Positions 52,588 to 64,000 of a stretch of DNA of 64,000 nt are shown here, in pieces (position 1 is the stretch's first letter; every line of letters begins with the position of its first letter). Both the position numbers and the translations under genes were made by a program. The DNA is from the human T2T-CHM13v2.0 reference genome, Homo sapiens. Where the stretch lies: the NCBI RefSeq assembly GCF_009914755.1, contig NC_060933.1; one strand, 5' to 3'. The notes under the pieces were generated by a model, which worked only from the letters and a program-made list of their open reading frames with translations, was not told where the DNA came from and did not search any database.

Positions 52588-53529
52588 ATGAAGAGGGAGA
52601 ATCAGAGCAGTGTGTCTGAGTTCCTCCTCCTGGACCTCCCCATCTGGCCAGAGCAGCAGGCTGTGTTCTTCACCCTGTTCTTGGGCATGTACCTGATCAC
52701 GGTGCTGGGGAACCTGCTCATCATCCTGCTCATCCGGCTGGACTCTCACCTTCACACCCCCATGTTCTTCTTCCTCAGCCACTTGGCTCTCACTGACATC
52801 TCCCTTTCATCTGTCACTGTCCCAAAGATGTTATTAAGCATGCAAACTCAGGATCAATCCATTCTTTATGCAGGGTGTGTAACTCAGATGTATTTTTTCA
52901 TATTTTTCACTGATCTAGACAATTTCCTTCTCACTTCAATGGCATACGATCGGTATGTGGCCATCTGTCACCCCCTCCGCTACACCACTATCATGAAAGA
53001 GGGACTGTGTAACTTACTAGTCACTGTGTCCTGGATCCTCTCCTGTACCAATGCCCTGTCTCACACTCTCCTCCTGGCCCAGCTGTCCTTTTGTGCTGAC
53101 AACACCATCCCCCATTTCTTCTGTGATCTTGTTGCCCTACTCAAGCTCTCATGCTCAGACATCTCCCTCAATGAGCTGGTCATTTTCACAGTGGGACAGG
53201 CAGTCATTACTCTACCACTAATATGCATCTTGATCTCTTATGGCCACATTGGGGTCACCATCCTCAAGGCTCCATCTACTAAGGGCATCTTCAAAGCTTT
53301 GTCCACCTGTGGCTCTCACCTCTCTGTGGTGTCTCTGTATTATGGCACAATTATTGGACTGTATTTTCTCCCCTCATCCAGTGCCTCCAGTGACAAGGAC
53401 GTAATTGCCTCTGTGATGTACACGGTGATCACCCCATTGCTGAATCCCTTCATTTATAGCCTAAGGAACAGGGACATAAAGGGAGCCCTGGAGAGACTCT
53501 TCAACAGGGCAACAGTCTTATCTCAATGA
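52588..53529 (+). CDS. OR1J4: Olfactory receptor family 1 subfamily J, 313 aa
   Basis: Intact ORF with OR motifs ([40 protein letters not shown]); symbol from recognised sequence. Confidence 0.92.
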   Translation: MKRENQSSVSEFLLLDLPIWPEQQAVFFTLFLGMYLITVLGNLLIILLIRLDSHLHTPMFFFLSHLALTDISLSSVTVPKMLLSMQTQDQSILYAGCVTQMYFFIFFTDLDNFLLTSMAYDRYVAICHPLRYTTIMKEGLCNLLVTVSWILSCTNALSHTLLLAQLSFCADNTIPHFFCDLVALLKLSCSDISLNELVIFTVGQAVITLPLICILISYGHIGVTILKAPSTKGIFKALSTCGSHLSVVSLYYGTIIGLYFLPSSSASSDKDVIASVMYTVITPLLNPFIYSLRNRDIKGALERLFNRATVLSQ

Positions 53530-56030
53530 CATTTACTCTTCTTTATAACAGACATATGTACTGACCTATTTCCAGATCATAGATCCTTACTTCTGATCCC
53601 AGCAAGGGATAAGTGCTCAGTAACTCTCTGATGACTTGAATTGCATCCTGTTACAGTTATTCTCCCTTTTCCTCTTTAGTGCAAATTGTGAATTCTGAGT
53701 TTACATAATTGTTTATTTATCTTGCCTATTAGATTCAGAAATTACATAGTTAACAGAACTTAAATCCTTCATTTTATTTCCTGGAAATTTATTTGTTCTT
53801 AGGAATTGTTTAAATATGTTGACTAACAGGATTCCCTTGCCATAGAAAAGTTGAAGGATTGGGTACTTGTAAAGGCATTTCCCTTTCTTTCTTCCCATTC
53901 AGTTCTCTTCTCACATTTTTTATTGTTGTTGCTGATGGTGGTGGGTAAGGAGAAGAAACTATATAGTACCCTTTACAGATCCAAAAAGCTATTCACTGTC
54001 ATAAGTTCAGCTGTTCCACTTCAGAACTTGAGGTTCCTCTTCTAGACTACAATAACTTTCATTCAACAGTTCACTTTCAGACCAATGTTTATGAAGCTTT
54101 CTGACTACACATGTGAGCTTCAATCACGCCGCAGACTTACTCCAGGTAATGAATGAGAAGAACAAAAAAGTCTTCACAGTCAGGAGCCTTCTGTTGCCGT
54201 CACTAAATTTGATCCTTTTCCCATTCAGTGTCTTCGTTGTCTTTCTTATTGAAAAGCATTTCTACTCAGCTTAATGGCCCCTAGTTTGTATTATATGCCC
54301 AAGTCATCTTTTATCTTTTTCTTCTATCTTCTATGGTCTCCGCCATCCAGTGAAGGGCATATAGGTCTCTTTTTTCATTCCTCTACTTAAAGATAAACAG
54401 AACTACAAATGCTTCTGAGAAGCAGCAATGTGTAGCTGCAAGAGAAGAATATTTGGAAAGCTAGATCTCATTTGTAATCTCTATATACCAGGGTGGTGGC
54501 TGCGTGGCCTCAGACAATTCACCCAATTCCTTTGAACCTCAATTTCTTCTTCTGTATAGGTGAAAAAAGTTCTGCAACACCTAACATATTTTATTTGAAG
54601 TAAATGCAGTAATAAATTGGGCTTAACACTACAGCTGACCAAGAATAATGAATGTGAATTTTCTCTACCTTCTCCATCAGAGATGAGTTTTGAAGCAGAA
54701 CTTGTGCAGACACTCCTGAATTATGGTGACCATGGGCAGCTTGTCATGTTGGTTATATTCCCAATTCAAAAGCAATAACCTGCCCTAGGACACAGCAACA
54801 TATCTGTTCTGGCTTGAGCTAGAACCAAATAACTAAAGGGCAATGAACAAGTGAGTTCATGTGTGGGTAGGTAAGGAAAGACAGATCAGAAAAAGACCTT
54901 ACTCTTCACTTGTTTGATATTGACTCAAAGAGTGATCCTTCATCGGGGGCTCATGTAGCTGCCTTTTGGCATCCAGTCCTTTGTAGAACAAGAAAGAGTG
55001 CCACCCCCACTCCTTGCTGCAAGCACAGGGTCACTTTGTTTACAGGCTTAGCCCCGACCTTTTCCAGAGCCAAAACCTGAACAGGGATAGAATCTTTATT
55101 GTTGGTTTATTGTTGGTCTAGGTAAAGCATGCCTTGATAGCCTCAGCACAATCATGACCTGCTGTACACTCTCATCTCTGCTATAGTGATGTGATCTGTA
55201 GAACTAAGTGCCTGACTCAGTTTCCCTGCCGGCACCCCAGTTCTGTTGTTCAGATCCCTGAAGATCTGCCTAGTCTTGTCAGGCCCATCCTCCAGAGAGA
55301 CCAATATTGTCATTTATGTTTTAGCCACAGGCTGGTGACACTTCTCTGAATGACTTTTCCTCAAGAAATGGCAAGCTCACTTGTCTGTTGGGAAGTGTTT
55401 CATCACTATCTGTCTTACCAGTCCACCTCATCTCCCAGATCAGTTTGTCTTGGTTTTGGACAGCCCAAAGCACACTGGGGTGCACCGTATTGATTTGAAT
55501 ATGCAAATAGAACTGAACATCAATCACATTGGAAGTGTGCACTTTATATGAGTGCATTTCCCTCTAGCCATGCCAGGGCTAGGATTCGTGACCTTTTCCA
55601 GTGAAGCACCTCATTGAGTTTAGAACAAAGCTTGCTGCATTTTTGAAATCCATGAATGTGTGATTTTTTTTCACAAGTTAACAAATAGTTCTGAAAATTG
55701 GCAATTATGGACGTTTCAAGTGACCAGTGTACTTCCTTCTCAAAAGTTAACACTAATTCTTTCACAGTGTGACAATAGAACAATCTTCCTCAGAGGGGAG
55801 GAATCAAAACATCCTAGAACCAGGAACTCCAGCACTTGATTTTAGCACATATGTAACACACAATTCTGACATGGAAATTTTAAGAGTAAACAAAAATTAT
55901 TCTATTTTGTCACAGATGGAAAGTGGAAGGGGAATTTGCTAAAGAATTAAGTTCACTTAGCTTTTGAAGGAAAAAATAAACCCATTAATGTTGTGATGGT
56001 TATATTATTTGAATCCAAGAACTGTGTGCA

Positions 56031-56052
56031 TGTGTGTGTGTGTGTGTGTGTG
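56031..56052. repeat. (TG)n microsatellite
   Basis: Direct read. Confidence 0.9.
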
Positions 56053-56159
56053 TAACTCACATATACATACAATTTAATTTGTTTGTAATTAAGGACAAAT
56101 GTTGGAATTAATACTAAAAATAGTAAAACATTCTTTATTTTATAGATTGTGCCCCTCAG

Positions 56160-57120
56160 TAGCCATTCAGCAAGTTACCTGTCTGTGCCAGGCAGTGTGC
56201 CTATTCTTGGTCAAACAGATCTGGATAAAGAGAAAGCCTCCAGGCAAAAGAAGCTCATATTCTGATAGTGTAGCAACAGGTAAACTAAGAAATATGCAAG
56301 AGTACAAAAAGTGCCTTAACGTAATAACACCACGAATAGTTGTGCTTATTTTGCATGGCTACTGTGTGTCAGGCATTGTATTAAAAGCTGTACCTGTATT
56401 ATGTCATTTAATCCTCATAATAATTCTACATATATACACTGTTACTATCTATATTTTACAGCTGGGAAAATTGAGGCTTAGAGACGATGAAATACTTACA
56501 TGGTAGTAACACAAGGGCGTATAGTTAATGCTGCCTGGATATCAGCAAAAGCTTTACAGGGGAAGTAATTCTTCAGTTGGGGGTTGAAGGATGCTCAGGA
56601 TTGATACATAATGGAACAAATGAGTCTAGGTAGAGTGGACAGAGTGGGCCAGGGCACTGAATTTGCATGGTATGTTCAGGGAAATGTAAGAAAAATGATG
56701 TTGCTATACATAGGTGTGTATGAGTCAAGGAAGCATCAAGAGGTGAGTCTAGACAGGGAGACAAAGACTATATTGTGAGGGGGGTAGATTGTCCTGTTAA
56801 GAGGTTTAGACATTGCCTTGCAAGTGATGGGCACCATTGGCTGGGGTGGGGTGGAATTGGGATTAGTCTCAGGGAAGGTTATGTTTGTGTTTTCTAAAGA
56901 TTACTCGGGTAACCAACGTGTGAGATGGTTTGGCAATGGATCGGAGTGCCTTGAATCAAGATGCTTAATTAGAAGGTCATTGTACATTCAGGTAACAGAT
57001 AATGTGTGCCTGGATGAAGACAATGGCATATAGATAGAGAAGAGAATACTCTTGAAGGTAGACTAGACGGTATTGGTAATTGATGGGAAGTAGGTGATAG
57101 AATGAAGGATTGCTCTTGAT
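56160..57120. mobile_element. Degraded L2 with an embedded MIR (~56330-56500)
   Basis: MIR core CATTTAATCCTCA...ATTTTACAG...GAAAATTGAGGCTTAGAGA; L2-like flanks; approximate. Confidence 0.55.
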
Positions 57121-57509
57121 TTATGGTTCTGTGGACTGATATTTAAGAACAAAATGGAAGACTAGGCACCTTAAATAATTTTGATTAGGTTTAACAGTCT
57201 TAAGGAAGTGAGGAAACAAACTGAAGACCATTTGCTTCTTAAAAATGGGTTCTGAGCAAGAAGAAAGCAAAACCCCTAAATAGGCAAGGGGCACTGGGAA
57301 GCTTTCTATCATGCTACCTCTCTCCATTACCCCACCTCTGATTCAAAGCATGCCCTGCTCATTACCCTACCAAGGTGCAAAGATTTATAAGTCACCTGTA
57401 TGTCAGCAGGAATTATTTTAATGCTAACATCACATTAATTCTCTTTGACATAGATGACCTTAAAGGAATAGAAATTTGAGCTTATGTTTTGGGGATGGGT
57501 GTGATAAGA

Positions 57510-57829
57510 TAGTCATGTGCCTCATAATGATGTTTTGGTCAACAATAGACTCCATATGCCACAGTGGTTTCAAGCTCATAATGGAACTGAATAAATCCTA
57601 TCACAGAAATACTTACCATAGTGTTACAGTTGCCTACAGCATTTAGTACATTAACAAGCTGTACAGGTTTGTAGCCTGGGAGCATTAGTTATACCATATA
57701 GCTTAGCTGTATAGTAGGCCATCCCATCTAGGTTTGTGTAAGTGTACTTTATGATGTTTGCACAATGACAAAATTGCCCAGTGAAACATTTCTCAGAACA
57801 TATGCACATAGTTAAGTAATGTATGACTG
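57510..57829 (+). mobile_element. Tigger3-like non-autonomous DNA transposon
   Basis: Inverted ends AGTCATG...TATGACTG followed by TA; ~320 bp. Confidence 0.75.
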
Positions 57830-59544
57830 TATATCAAAGGAGGAATAAGTTTGGAACTTTGAATACATTGATAACTCTTGGCTGGCTGGAATCGAGGAAT
57901 GTTAGACTATTGAACAGTGATAGGCAACAGTGTCCGTTGATGAATCTTTGTATGCTGAGTGCTGACCTAACTCCTAACGGCCACAGAATTATATTAAGTA
58001 AACTGAAGTGGACACCCAGTCACATCTTCTAGTTTGCTTGGGGCCTGTGAGAAAGAACTTAAACCATACCCAAACAGGATTCATAAATTTACCGCACTAT
58101 CAGTGAGTGGATTGAGGGTCCCTGAGGATCAGAATGGTGAATGAAACCAGAAGGCGACATAGACACCATGAGTAAAGAAGGTAAAGTTGATTGGGTGAAT
58201 CTGAGCAGCAGATTTAGGGTATCAGGGTGGACATAGGTTTCAGATATAGTGTGAGGCTGTATCTGGTGATCTCACACCTCAGGCTTCCTCATGTCCACTA
58301 GCTGTGTCATCAGGGGCCTTAGAGCTCTCCTAGGAGACCCTCTTCTGAAAGAGCTGATCATGAGAAGTGGAGGATAGTCCATTGCCAGTTCAAATGATAG
58401 AAGAAAGCTAGAGGTCAATGGCTTGGAGGAGACTGTCAGTGGTCTTTGGTCAGTGGAGCGATAGATGTCAACAGAATGGAAGGAGAGTTGTAGACTAAGG
58501 AGATGAGGGCAGGAGAACTCCAAGTTTGCAACCATCTCCAGCTCTGGTTACATGACGATGCCCTGCTCATCCCATTCAAGGACTCTCTGAGGGAACATCT
58601 GGAAAGGAGTTCTAGAGAGAAGAACAGACTTCCAGTTCCAGGTCATGAAATAAATGGAATCCTCGCGTACTAAGATGTGGCATCTAAATGATTCACATTT
58701 GTACTTACTAATAGCTGAAGCCTGGAACAGTTTGATTCCATGAAAGATGCTCCATAAGTATTCATTGAAAAAGTGCAGCAATCATAAAACATTTTAGAAT
58801 AGGTTAGGTCTGAGAAACAAACTTAAATGAGGAAGGAGTTTAGGTAGCCAGTGGACACCTGGTGATACCAGATGTAAGAAATCAAAACTATATAGCCCTT
58901 ATATTTAAAATAATATTTTTAATATTTCTAAGATTCTTGGAGACAGATAGAATGCCATTTACCTTCAAACATCATTTTTTCCATCTCTGCAACTAATTTA
59001 AGCTGCTGGTGCCCCTTTTAGATGTGGACGCAAACCTGCAGTCAAATAAGGAGAGAGGATTTCCACGTTCCTCTCATCTAATAGTCACTAAAAGGATGGT
59101 GGCATTGCACGTTTCTGACCAGCATGGGGCAGAGGTAGCACAAGGAGCTTTAACCCCCTTCCTAGTGAAACATTAGCCAACCGTGGGGTGGGCAACCCGC
59201 ATGGAAACCTAAACATTGAATTTGAACCTTTTGATGGGGATCTCTTTAGCTATTCTGCAGCACATGGAATGCAGCCTCCATCTTTATTTCTTTTGTCTTA
59301 CTCCCCACTTAATGCCACAAACAAAACAAGTGCCCCCAAAATTTTAATGATCGACAAATTAATAACCTAGAATGAAAGTGTCATGAAAGCAGGGACTTTG
59401 TCTTGCTCAGTGTCATAACCCTAGCACTTACAATAACTTCCAACACACCATAGATAGTAAATATTTATTGAACAAATATATCTCAGAGAAAAGATTTTTT
59501 GACTTCTGAGTTGGGGGAGGAATGAAGAATACTAATAGTAATAA

Positions 59545-59775
59545 TAATAGCTATCCCTTATTGAACACCTACTGTTATTCACTACTATACTGAATGCATT
59601 TCATAGTTTATTTCAGTTAATCCTCCAAGTTACATTATTAGATAGAAACTGTTATCTCCATTTTATAAATGAGAAAACCAAGGCTCAGAGAGGCTAAGTA
59701 ACCAGACTACAATCTTATGGCTAGTGTGTGGTAGACCCCAAAATGAAGCCCGTTTGTCTGACTCCAAGCCTATGT
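59545..59775. mobile_element. MIR just beyond the OR1N1 stop
   Basis: CCATTTTATAAATGAGAAAACCAAGGCTCAGAGAGGCTAAGTAAC core. Confidence 0.75.
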
Positions 59776-59804
59776 CTTTTCATTAAATGTTGCTGTCACC
59801 ACAT

Positions 59805-60740
59805 CTAAGAGGAAACAATACTCCTGTGACTGAAGAGCCTCTTTAGGGCCCCCTTCATGTCCTTGTTCCTTAGGCTATAGATAAAGGGGTTCAACATGGG
59901 AGTCACTATGGTGTACATTGCAGCTGCTGCAATGTCCTTCTCTTCAGAGGCAATGGAGGGAGGACACAGGTAGGCACTGAAGAGGGTCCCATAGAACACA
60001 CAAACAACGCAGAGGTGGGAACTGCAGGTGGAAAAGGCCTTGCCCACCCCACCACGGGTTCGGACCCTCAGGATAGCTGGCACAATGTGGATGTAGGAGG
60101 TGACAATGCATAAAAAGGGGACGATGAGTACGGTGCCTCCCAAGACAAAAACCATCATCTCGTTGATGTGGGTGTCAGAACATGACAGCTTCAGGACAGG
60201 AGTGATGTCACAGAAAAAGTGAGCAATTTCCCCAGTCACACAGAAGGACAACCGAGCCATGAGGAACGTGTGAGTCAGGGCAACGATATTGGTGAGGACC
60301 CAGCACAATGCAAGCATTAGGGCACAGACTTGGGGCCTCATGACTGTGGAGTAGCAGAGGGGGTGGCAAATGGCCACATAGCGGTCATACGCCATGGCAG
60401 CCAGGAAGAAGCTGTCTAGATCACCAAACATCAGAAAGAAATACATTTGCGTGAGGCAACCCGTATAGGAGATGGTGTGATGCCGAGTCTGTATATTCAC
60501 CAGCATCTTGGTAACTGTGGAGGACGTTAAACCCATGTCAACAAAAGACAGGTTGGCCAAGAAAAAGTACATGGGGGTGTGGAGGTGCAGGTCAGAGCCA
60601 ATGGCCAGGATGATGAGCAGGTTCCCAGTCAAGGTGACAAGATACATACACAGGAAAATTCCGAAGAGGGACTGCTGTTGCTCTGGAGGCGCTGATATTC
60701 CTCGGAGGAAAAATTCAGAAATGCTGGATTGGTTTTCCAT
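59805..60740 (-). CDS. OR1N1: Olfactory receptor family 1 subfamily N, 311 aa
   Basis: Intact ORF: [48 protein letters not shown]; symbol from recognised sequence. Confidence 0.92.
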   Translation of the reverse strand: MENQSSISEFFLRGISAPPEQQQSLFGIFLCMYLVTLTGNLLIILAIGSDLHLHTPMYFFLANLSFVDMGLTSSTVTKMLVNIQTRHHTISYTGCLTQMYFFLMFGDLDSFFLAAMAYDRYVAICHPLCYSTVMRPQVCALMLALCWVLTNIVALTHTFLMARLSFCVTGEIAHFFCDITPVLKLSCSDTHINEMMVFVLGGTVLIVPFLCIVTSYIHIVPAILRVRTRGGVGKAFSTCSSHLCVVCVFYGTLFSAYLCPPSIASEEKDIAAAAMYTIVTPMLNPFIYSLRNKDMKGALKRLFSHRSIVSS

Positions 60741-61731
60741 GACTCTGCAGCATCTGGAGCTGAGGGAAGACAGTTAGAATGCTAGATTTCATCTACAACT
60801 GTGTGGGCTGACTCCCAAATCTCCCTTTAAGTTCATTATATTCCTAATCCTGACTTTATCTTCATTCTGATCCTGCTTCTTTTCTCTCTTCATCAGAGTC
60901 TCATTTTCCCCCTTTCTCCTCTCTTTACCACTATTTAATCTTTTACACATAGAGTCCCCTTCCAATAAGGTCAGGGCATATTCTCCCTTGGCATGACCAT
61001 GCCTTAGACTAGTCTATAGCCTCATGTTAGTTTCATTTTTGCAGTAGGCTGTCTATGTGAGTAGACTGAGGTCAGCTAAATTTTACATTCTTTTGGGAGG
61101 TAGCCAAAAAACCCACACAAAATTCTTAATTTTGACACATCCTCATTCATTTTAGAGTGAAGGGCATATGAAGGACTCATGCCTCTTTATTTTTTCATTA
61201 TTTCTTTTGAAAAAGAAAATACGAAGTCCTGCATTTCTCCCTGCATTTGAGTTTTTGTCATTGGCATCATCATCATCCTGTAGCTAACGCATATTACATG
61301 TTAGCCACATATATGACAGGTACTCTACTAAGTACTTTATGAAGATTGTTTCCTTTAATCCTTAAACAACACTAGGATGCAGAGATTGTTATTCTTACCC
61401 TTATATAAGAAAACTGAGTCTAAGGATGTTTAAGTAAATTGTACAAGGACCCAGAGCTCATAAATATTTGAGACAGAATTCAAACCCACAGCAATGGTTT
61501 CCAGAGACTGTACCATCAGTCAATATAGATAGAAAGTAACTTTCTAGGACCACATTTATATTTAATCCCTCAGTATTCTTAGTTTAACGTATTTAGTCTC
61601 ACTTGCCTTTACTATCTTTTATATGTGTGTTTTACAGAAGAACAACGAAATTTAAGAACTAGATAGAACCTGAAAGATCACCTGGCCCAGAGGTCTCAAG
61701 CATTGGTCTGTAGACCAGTTTATCATAATCA

Positions 61732-62085
<354 letters not shown>

Positions 62086-64000
62086 TCAGACCTGTCAAAT
62101 TTAAATTTCTAGGATACAATTTAGGTACCTGTATTTAAAAACTAAAACTGAAGGCTTCTCAGGTATTTTGATGCTCAGTGAGGATTAAGAAAATTTTGCT
62201 TAGTCCAACTCCTCCCTTTGATTCAGATAAATAAGCTAAAGTTCAAAAGACCAAAGTGATTGAAAAAGTTTACACTATGTCTTGGAGGAAGATACGGTAT
62301 GAAAACCAGGGTATCAATGCTCTCAGACAGGTGTTCTTTTTAAAAATCAGCTATCTTTTCATTTTTAGAATTCTTTGTCATTAATATCTTACAGATCTAG
62401 ATGTGTTTCTTTGTCCTGATTTATATTTAGAGTCTATACCTGAATAAAAAGTTATCTTCAAATTGATAGCTTTACTAAAGCACTGTTTGTATTCTGAAGT
62501 GGATAGCAACATCTGAGAACTATTGCGTATGTATCTATCCCTGAACCCTACACTGACTGAAGAACATCTCAGGGTTTTACAACTTTTCTGAGGGATCTGA
62601 GGCTACAGTCCAAGTTATTTTCTCCCCTACTTCAGCACTTGATAAGGCACCCTCTGACAGGGCACATTCTAATAGCCATGTCCAGAAGGGTAAGAGATCC
62701 TCTTATGATTCAGCTGATTGTTTGTCTCATCAAAAGAAGGGCTACACAGTGGCAGACAATGCCATATTTTCCTAGCATGCAGACCCTGCCTTCAGCAAGC
62801 AAGTCCTTTCATTGAGGTTTTCAAAGGGACAGTAAGTTATTTTAGGGAAGAGCAGCATCTTTTTGATCATTTGTGTTGGCATATACTGCCTTAATCAGGC
62901 TATTTCTATGGAGGTTCTTTGATCTAGGGCACCAACTGCTTAACATCAGAAAACTCCCCAAATCCTCAAAAAAGGGTCCAAAGCAGCCTAGCTTTTTACC
63001 TTCTGTCGTATTTTTTGGTCTCTACTCAAGCACTCTGCACCATCTCTTGCTCTATTTTTGGTTTTTCTCTTTCCCTAAAAGGGTTTCTCATCCTTCATCC
63101 TATCTATGGCCTCATAAAACTCTGTAGATCCTTGAGATATCAATGGGGTTCTTCCAGAAACTTGGGGCAATCCTTCCCTCTGTCATCCGAGGGTGATGAG
63201 GTCTCTTTACTTACCTCCAACTGCCTCTTCGTCTACTGTGTCAGCCAACAGGTAAGAGCTGGCTGGAACATGATGGACAGAGTATTCCAAACATAGGACA
63301 TGCCCACCTGCGACTGTTTGTCTCAAGTGACTCTGCTTACCACTACCCTGGTAACAGAGAAGAAGGCAAAGTAGATGTTCTTAATTTGAGGGGAAGAGCT
63401 CAGATTCTTCCTGACAATCTTTGTGATGACATTAACTGAAATGAGGGTACAGGATCAAGAATAATGAATACAAATGGCAAACAGCTGGAAGCAGAAGTCA
63501 GGTTGATAAACCAAGATTAAAAATATATTTAAGGGGGTTAAGGGAGGGATGGAGAGACTAAGATTGTAGATAAGAAATCCATGAGATGAATAAAGGACTG
63601 TAAAGCCAAGTTAAGGCCAGATCAGTAGGGGAGGCTGGAGCAGTGGCAGTTACGTTCATCAGCTGGAACAGAAAAAATCAGAAGGAGGAGTATTTGAGAT
63701 GACCTGGGACACATTGCACTGTGATCCCACCTAACCAAGATCTCTGGGACTTTTGAAGTTTTTTATGTTTACATTTTGAATCCTGAACCAATAAACTCAG
63801 AAACAGAGAGCTGCTGGCTCATCAGGCTACTGCCAGGAGGAGGCTAAACGTACTACACTTGGGGCATCTACAGATACAGGGAGTCATGGGACAGAGTTCC
63901 CTAGTGCCCTGTTAGTGTTAACTCTCATAATTGCCCAATTTTCTCTCTGCTTTTCTTAGATCAAATTAGTACAGTGCTGGCTTTATTTAAAAATTGGGAA

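Overview
Primate (almost certainly human) genomic DNA from an olfactory-receptor family 1 cluster. From the protein sequences I recognise the chr9q33 OR1J1(-), OR1J2(+), OR1J4(+), OR1N1(-) segment. The four single-exon OR ORFs are intact, and most of the rest is transposable-element debris: a decayed gammaretrovirus-like provirus with nested THE1 and Alu, ERVL remnants, nested L1s, ten Alus including an AluYa5, MaLR/MER4 LTRs, L2/MIR and DNA transposons. I see no evidence for a new multi-gene system. The most unusual structures are: (1) an ERV env/LTR element whose two ends are both LTR 3' (U5) ends in inverted orientation, bounded by a 5-bp TSD; (2) an Alu that supplies the C-terminus and stop codon of OR1J1, with the ancestral tail stranded beyond it; (3) a ~250-nt gene-conversion tract making the OR1J1/OR1J2 N-termini nearly identical; (4) a small L1 3' transduction. 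Repeat subfamily names come from my recollection of consensus sequences and need Dfam/RepeatMasker confirmation. Boundaries without a cited TSD are approximate.
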